In this document: one piece after another, positions 1-64,000 of the stretch | Layout: the number at the start of each line of letters is the position of its first letter | Position numbering within the stretch: position 1 is the stretch's first letter | Assembly: GCA_951406725.2 (NCBI GenBank) | Contig: OX597817.1 | Location: 39,742,001-39,806,000 of the forward strand | Direction: 5' to 3' | DNA: 64,000 nucleotides | Origin: Octopus vulgaris | Taxonomy: Eukaryota | Notes under the pieces: generated by a model | The model's database searches: none | What the model was told of the DNA's origin: nothing | Seen by the model: the letters and a program-made list of their open reading frames with translations, nothing else | Program-made: the position numbers and the translations under genes

Positions 1-331
1 CTCATTCTTTTATTTTCTTTCTTTCTCCCTTATTCTTTTTCTCTCTATTTTCTTCCTGCCTGTTCTACTCTGCCCACCCCTCCCCTTATTTACATGTTGC
101 TTGTATTTGTCACATTCTTATATTCTTCCTTTACATTCACTTTCTCACCCTTATCTTTCACTCTCCCTCCTGTCTCCTTTTATTCTGCCTCTTCTCTTTC
201 ATACTCCCTTTGTCTGATTTGTCTATTCTGTCTCTATCTTTCACTCTCTCATCCCTGCCCTGCCAGTTTCTCTCTTTGCACTATCTCTTACTTGTTCCTC
301 TTACTCTCATTCAACTTATGTTCATTTCCAG

Positions 332-56688
<56,357 letters not shown>

Positions 56689-59600
56689 GTAAGATTTGCT
56701 TCTTGCAGCTAACTTTTAAGTTCTTGATAGAGCTGCTGGCATTCATATTCTCTCTCTTATCCTCTCTTTCTCTGACATTTCAAGGATTTAGAAACTACTA
56801 TTGCATCAAATACTTCTCTTTTAATTGCCTGGTATCTTATCTTTAATAGGCTTCTTTTGCTTGCATCAAAATGATATATCAATATGATAATTATTAGTGC
56901 GACATGTATTTCTCTCATCTGATATTTATAGTCTTGATATGTAATCACCAATAAAAACACAATAAATTCACTTAGTGTATACAAATAGGCAGTGTATGCT
57001 TTGTTTTATGAAGCATGGCTGTATCTTGTGTTTTATCAAAGATAAAAGCATTCTAATTTCAACCTAATCTAACTGAAATCTAAACATCTACCCCCTACAT
57101 GGTTTCAAATGCCTGCATTTTCTTAATTCTTTTAAACAACGCTATTAACAATATTGTTATTTAAAGCAAACGGTATCACATAAAAATCAATCTTTAAAAT
57201 ATGCTATTATAAATGGTTATATTTAACATAGTCATATTTTGTTTAGAATTTTGAAATTTTTGAGTTTAAATTTTTACTTCCTCCACCATACTGATAATGT
57301 TGTTTGAATTTTCAACAACATATAGTAGGTGCAGGAATAATTGTGTGATTATGACATTTGCCTCCCAACTACATGGTTCCAGGTTCAGTCCCATTATATG
57401 TAGCATCTTGGGCAAATGTTTTTTTACTATAGCCTTGGTCCACCAAAGTGGATATCATAGATGGAAACTGAAAGAAGCCCTGGTGAATGAGTCATCTTCT
57501 GCTTCTACCTCACCTGTTTATGTGCTTAAAATTAACCTGATCATTGCAGGTTTTTGCTATGATGTAATCTAAGAATGTATCAATAAAATGCTGCTGAAAC
57601 ATCTATTGTGAATTTTGAACCCCACCTATATTCTTCTTACACACACACACACACACATATATATATATGTGTATGTATGTATGTGTGTACACACATACAC
57701 ACACACGCATGCATGCATGTCGGAGAAATATATAATTTGTTTGGGAACAAGTAAGGGTTGACAAGAAAAAGGCCATCTATCTGTAAAAAAATTCACCTCC
57801 ATGAATTCCATCAGATCCATGCAGGCATGGAAAAAAGATGTTAGAGTGATGGTGATATTTGATCCTGCTTAAAAACAAAAGCTATTGGATGGTTTAAAAT
57901 CATTTTTTTTTAATTAGTGAACAATGTTGCTGAGATGAAAATTAAATCAATAATTTATTAGGGATTGCCAAAAGAGAGAACCTTAAGCATGAATGATCAT
58001 TTAATTGCAAACATTGAAAACACCAAGAATAGACTCCATTTCATTGCTATGCTGCTCAGCAGGGATTGCAAATATACTCCTCATATTTGTGATTTTACTA
58101 AAGGCTTGTTATGATTGTTACAGTTTGAATAAACATGATCTGGAAAATTTGCAAATGATTTTTACTGTTCCACCTGATCAAACAAATTAATGAACCACTG
58201 CTTGGTAAATCTCTTCTTTATTGAGTCTAATTTTACTTGTTTACTCAGCTTGCTAGAACTGGTTCTTGAATCTCTCTTAAATCACACTGAACTATCTTCA
58301 AAGATGAAGGAAGGTCACATTGGGTAATGTAGTTCTAGATCTTCAAAAATGTGTGTGGCCAAAGCTGGAATGCTTTTCATAATAGGGTTGCTTGATGAGG
58401 GGTGGCCATTGTTGGAATGCTTTTCATAATAAGTCTGCTTGATGAGGGCTGATCTGAGGCAAAACAACTTGGACAGAATTTATTTTATTTTCAAATATTT
58501 TTAGTCATTATTAATAAACCTGTCTGTTCCTTTTAGAGTATAAAAAAATAATGTTCCTTCTCGAGCCATACCAGTTTCATAAGGGCCCGTTTCCCAGTTT
58601 CAGTGACGTAGAAATTCCCCACCTGGACGGGACGCCAGTCCATTGCAGGATTACTCCTTTTTGTCAGCTGAGTGGATTGGAGCAATGTGAAATGAAGTGT
58701 TTTGCTCAAGAACACAACACATCGCCCGGTTCAGGAATCGAGACCACAACCTTTTGATCATGAGCTCAACACCCTAACCACTGAGCCACGCACCTCCACA
58801 CCTTTTAGAGTATGGTCATATGTATTTGAAAGAAAAGTAAATTCTGGGTTACTTTAGTATAACTTAGTTTATTCTACTAAATGAACATGATGGTATTGAC
58901 TTAAATATACTTGGAGACCAGATTTCTTCTATAACAGCCTACATTATCTGTTACATCAGTTTTTCATATAGATTTCCATTTTACATATGAAAATATTGGA
59001 TTCCTATATGTGTACGGCTGATGAACAATTGTCTCTATAAGATGTCAGCAAGGAAATCATTAAAAAAAAACATGTGGTTTTTACTGTATTAAAATTATGG
59101 ATATATCACTTGAAAAACAATACATTAAATAAAAGTTAACATTAGTTCCTATATTACTAAAGATATAACATTACATTTCTAGTTCTCTTCCTTGTTAGTT
59201 TCATTCATGATATTATTCTCCTTGTACTAATTTGTATATCTTACCTTGAAACTTTCAACTAATACACTAAATGTTATTTTCCCTTTGATCTGTTTCATTT
59301 ACTAAATGAATGTTTAATTCTATATATATATATTTTTTACTGCAGCTTGTTCAAGCTCAGTTATGTATGCATGTCTGACAAATGTTTAATCATTAGTCTG
59401 ATTTATATTGTTATTGTTTGTTGTTAATTAACATTTTTTTCTAATTAATAGCATAAGGTTTATATTGTTATGTAATTTGTGTGAATTAATTTTCCTAGTT
59501 ATTTTCTTAATTTCTCTTCCTTTGCATGTATAAATATAAGCCTATTGAAAGTTTTGCCAACATTTATACCTGGAATTGTGTGCCAAATTAAATGTTAATC

Positions 59601-62141
59601 TAATATAAATCACAGTGTTTCTTCTTTACAGATGCAAAATTTTATTGTATTTAAATGTATTTTCAAAATAGTTCTGATTTTCTTCCTTTTATTTTTTAAT
59701 TCTAACTAGTAAAATATTTTCACAGTTTGCTTTTAACATCTATAAAATATAAATAGTACTGAAGTTGATATAACTCATATTTTTTCATTGTCAGTTTTAA
59801 AATCTTTTAAGTTTTTTTCTCATTTAATAGCATAAGGTTTTTTATTCCAAAACGAAGGCTCCTTTTTCTGTTGATTTCATATCCTTTTTTAAAAAAAACA
59901 GCCATTTTTTTTTAATAATCTGAGAGCTTTCAAATTCTATATTGATAAAACTCAAGTATATACGTGTAATTTTTTAAAAATTTGAAATTGAGAAAATGAA
60001 CAGTGTTTTTCTTTCTTTCTAAATTTGATTCATAAAACTGTCAAATATTGCAATATGTAATTATCAATACCAAAGTTCCAAAAACATTTTTATTTATTGG
60101 AATCAACAGTAAAAGGTATAAAAAAAAAAAAATGTCAATAATTTATGAAATATTGGTCTCTGCAAAAATAGTCAATTTGTTTTGTACGTATATATATATA
60201 TATATATAATTCCCATGGAAATCATAATATATACATGCACTTGTATATACATACTCACTTTCATACACACACATATATAGTGTGATATTGAAAGAAAAAA
60301 CACCACTTTCTGTTGGTGAATTTAAAATATTTTCTCATCATAATGATATGCATGAAAGTCAAGATTTTAACAAGTCTCTTAACAAGTTAATCAAAAATAA
60401 GGCTGGATTTCTAACTATGAATGATAATTTTCCAAGCAACTAAACATTCATAACAAGTATCCTAATGAAGATTCTACTGACACCTTTACCAACTAAATTA
60501 GAACTTATTGTTTGAATTAACGTTAAAAGATCACCCGGTATTTGTAAAGATAGTCTCTTGAAAATATTCAGTATCTGCAAAATTGTTTATTTTCTCTCTA
60601 TTTTTCAATTTTTTTGCTGAAGTTTTTCTTTTATCATTTCTAGAAATATGCACTTTTCTAAATGAGAGTATCTATCTTTGTAGTAACATAAAAATGTTCT
60701 GTTATCAGTGATATTACTGATGTCAGGCAATGAAATCAAGGTGTCAGAATTTGAATTTTCTTGTAATACTAGACATATTTAGTTGATCATTATGGACTAG
60801 CTATAAGCATCCATTAAGTACATATTGTTTTATTCTATATCTGATTCATTTTCATGGAAGAAAAATCATTAATGCCCTTCAGAAAAAGACATGACATTAC
60901 ATAATTTTAATTGCTTCCTTTAAAATATTTCTGTCTAGGATATTATTATTTGATATCTATCTCTCTATATACAAGTTTATGTGTGTGTATATATATATAT
61001 ACACACACATACATATACATATATAAATATGTGTGTGTGTGTCTCTCTCTCTCCCATTATATATATTACTTGATACAGTTATAATATTTAGAGAAAAATT
61101 TTTAAAAAAAGTTAAGATTAAGAAAAACTTTTTAGAGAGTAGAATGGTACTAACTTTTAGGAAGGAGTTTCACAAATTGTGTGTAGGCTTTAATAACACA
61201 CGCACACATACACACACACTAATATTGAACAGTAAACAGGAATGCTCAACACTACATTGGTGGACAAATATTCTTTATTTGTGGGTTAACAAGCTACCAA
61301 TGGTTTCATGTGAAGAGAGATCTCTTTACAATTTTCAAACTGCTACATGGAAACATTGGTACTCCATTTTAAAGATGATTAGCAGTATTGTCATGTGGCA
61401 GGCTTGAAAATTGTAAAGAGTTCCTTTTTTATATGAAGCCATTGGTAGCCTTTTTAACCCACAAATAAAGTATGTGTGTGTGTATGTATATATACACCTA
61501 TCAGTGAGGTAGCATAAACTAGGATTAATGCTCCAAGAATCAATAAAATAATTATTTATAAGAACATTATGTTACTGAAACATATGGTATTCTATACATT
61601 ACAGCAATATTGAAATTCAAGCATGTTGCTCTGCATTCTTAATATCATGTGATATTAGGATTGTAAAGTTATCAGATTTATTTTTATTGCTTGAGTTGAT
61701 TACGATAATATTAGAGACGTTATTACATTTGTTATAGACTGCATTAGATTAGCAACAAGGTTAAATATTAGGAACGAGTGATGTAATTGACTGTTTCAAT
61801 ACAAATATATTATTGATGTTTATTTATTGAGCCCCACTCTTATTAAAGAGATAGAATCAAATCTCAGTGCCAACATGATTTAATATTCAATCTAAGAGAT
61901 ATCAAACTAGATAATCTTAGACATTTAATCAAATGCATTTCTCATTCTGTCACTGCCAGTGTTGCACTGGTGCACACATTTTATCATTTGCACACATGAA
62001 AAATACATTCACATTTTACAAGGAAAATATGTACTCACAATTTTTGAGATGTAATTGGACATTTTAATTGAATAAATTTAAGTGATAGTCACTCACATGG
62101 CTATGCTCACACACACACACACACACCATTATAAGCATATA

Positions 62142-62658
62142 TCTATATATATAAAACTGTAGTTGTGTGAGTGTCTGTCTCCTACGATTTAGATTCCTAA
62201 CTCCTCCCACATTTTGCGGTGCAGTTTAACCAAATTCGGGTATCTTATAGTCGTGATTAATATCAAGCCCGTCTGGCTATTAGCGCACGTCTACGATGAG
62301 TCTACGATTTTAAAAATAAGTTAACATAATTTTTTATTCCATTTTAATGCATAATTTTTCGTGTGTCGATGGCGGCGGAGTTGGCGTCCACGCTCAAACA
62401 CCTGCACCTGTGTTTGCTTCTCCCCCTTTTTCCCTCCTTCGTGAAGCTGTGGGGAAGGGAGTTTAAGGAAATCAACGTCGTAAAGCGTTGTCAAGGAGAC
62501 CAGCGTTCTTTTAGAACAACGACTTCATGGCTTGAAGACACCAAAACAGAAATGGCTAAGAAAGCCCGAATTGGCATCTATAAAGGAAGTAACTCTCTAA
62601 AAATGCTTATATAGTTATTTCCCTTACAAACCCGAGCAACGCCAGGCGATACTGCTAG
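62142..62658 (+). mobile_element. Non-autonomous Helitron (517 bp)
   Basis: A|TC 5' end (tctatatatataaaa), subterminal hairpin cccgagcaacgccagg at 62631-46, CTAG|T 3' end, no TSD, CpG-rich against the background. Confidence 0.8.
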
Positions 62659-62759
62659 TATATATATATAGCTATATCCTATAAGCATGTATATATGTAT
62701 CCTTTTAAGCATATATATATACACACACAAACAGCCTTGTAATAATATATATATAAATA

Positions 62760-63142
62760 TAGGCATGTTTGTGTGGTAAGAATCTTGTTTCCCAACCACA
62801 TGGTTCTGGGTTCTGCTCCACTGCGTGGCACTTTGGGCAAGTGCCTTCTACTATAGCCTTGGGCCAACCAAAGCCTTGTGAGTGGATTAGGTAGACAGAA
62901 AGTGAAAGAAGCCTGTCATATATATATTTATGTGTGTGTCTGTGTTTGTCCCCACCCACCATCACTTGACAACCAGTGTTGGTGTGTTTACATGCCCGTA
63001 ACCTAGCAGTTCAACAAAAAAGACTGATGGAATAAGTCTCAGGCTTACAAAGAAGCAGTCCTGGGGTTGATTTCTTTGACTAAAATATAGTGCTCCAGCA
63101 TGGCTGCAGTCAAATGACTTAAACAAGTAAAAGAGTAAAAGA
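62760..63142 (+). mobile_element. SINE family A
   Basis: Same head and tail; further partial copies near 2430(-), 13320(-), 14440, 34890, 35760(-), 37630, 46150, 47690, 50150, 57330. Confidence 0.8.
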
Positions 63143-64000
63143 ATATATCCTTGTGAGCATGTGTATATATACCCTTGTATGCATATGTATATATATCCTT
63201 TTTAAGTATGTGTGTGTGTGTAAGTACATATATAGCTTTATAGCACTCATTAGTTTTAATAATGTCATTTACATGGGGTGTAGTTATGCAATATAAAATG
63301 TAAAAGCTACTTGCCGCCTCTTGAGAAATATATAAGTAACATCCGTTTCTTAGAAAGCCTAGCTTTAACCTTTGGGAAAACCAGAGAAGACATAAATCCT
63401 GAAAGCTCTAAATTCATTTCATATATACCCCATCTTCCTCATTCACGATCAAAAGTATGTATAAATATTAAATTTATTTACTCTGAAAACCAAGTATTGC
63501 CTTTCCCTTTTAAATGCAGTATATAACCTAACCCATCTTCTGATCTATGTTGTTCCGATATATGTTTTAACTAAATAAGATTGCTATAACAGCATTCTAT
63601 AAAAGTTTATTACACCGTTTCTGATAATGGATTAATGGATTTATATAAAGTACTCTCTTATATAAGTTCTCTTATATAAGTTACAGCTGCGTAAGTTTTT
63701 CCAAATGCCATTTCTATATGATAACTATCAAAGGAATTAACAAATTATTTCTTTTCCAGTGGTTTCTTTCTTTCTTTCTTTCTTTTCTTTCTTTTTTTTT
63801 TCAATATTTATTTGGTCATTTCATTGAATTCTGTGGAGCAAATTATTCAAATTAGGACACAGATATTTCTTATGCTTCTTGGAGCTTTTATTTAAAAAAG
63901 ATTAAATAATTTACATAAATATCTACTTTGCTTTGCTTTTGCACAACTTGCATTTATTCTACAGTCTCATGTTGTTAAATGTCTTTCTATTCCAATTTTT

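Overview
AT-rich, repeat-dense eukaryotic genomic DNA. The SINE and microsatellite content looks like an octopod cephalopod (inferred from repeat motifs, not proven). The window lies inside one very large + strand gene with no start or stop visible. I could splice 16 exons by hand (332-56688, 3255 nt, about 1085 aa, one open frame) encoding tandem spectrin-type repeats of the nesprin-1/SYNE1/MSP-300 kind. The exons follow a three-exon module (about 150 + 165 + 324 nt, phase 0) with one apparent intron gain, one apparent intron loss, two GC-AG introns and a 57-nt small exon. The introns hold at least three tRNA-derived SINE families, RTE-, CR1- and R4/Dong-like LINE remnants, a mariner relic, non-autonomous Helitrons, TTAA-type MITEs and many microsatellites. 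Most ORFs in the supplied track are microsatellite or SINE artefacts. The most notable non-coding signals are a type I hammerhead-ribozyme fold with an extended G:U-rich stem II, inserted in the (TA)n tract of a SINE on the sense strand of the pre-mRNA (38450-38556), and several near-perfect intronic fold-back hairpins (arms up to 130 bp, two with A:C mismatches) that are plausible ADAR substrates. I found no CRISPR array, rRNA or bona fide tRNA gene, and I cannot claim a new biological system from sequence alone.
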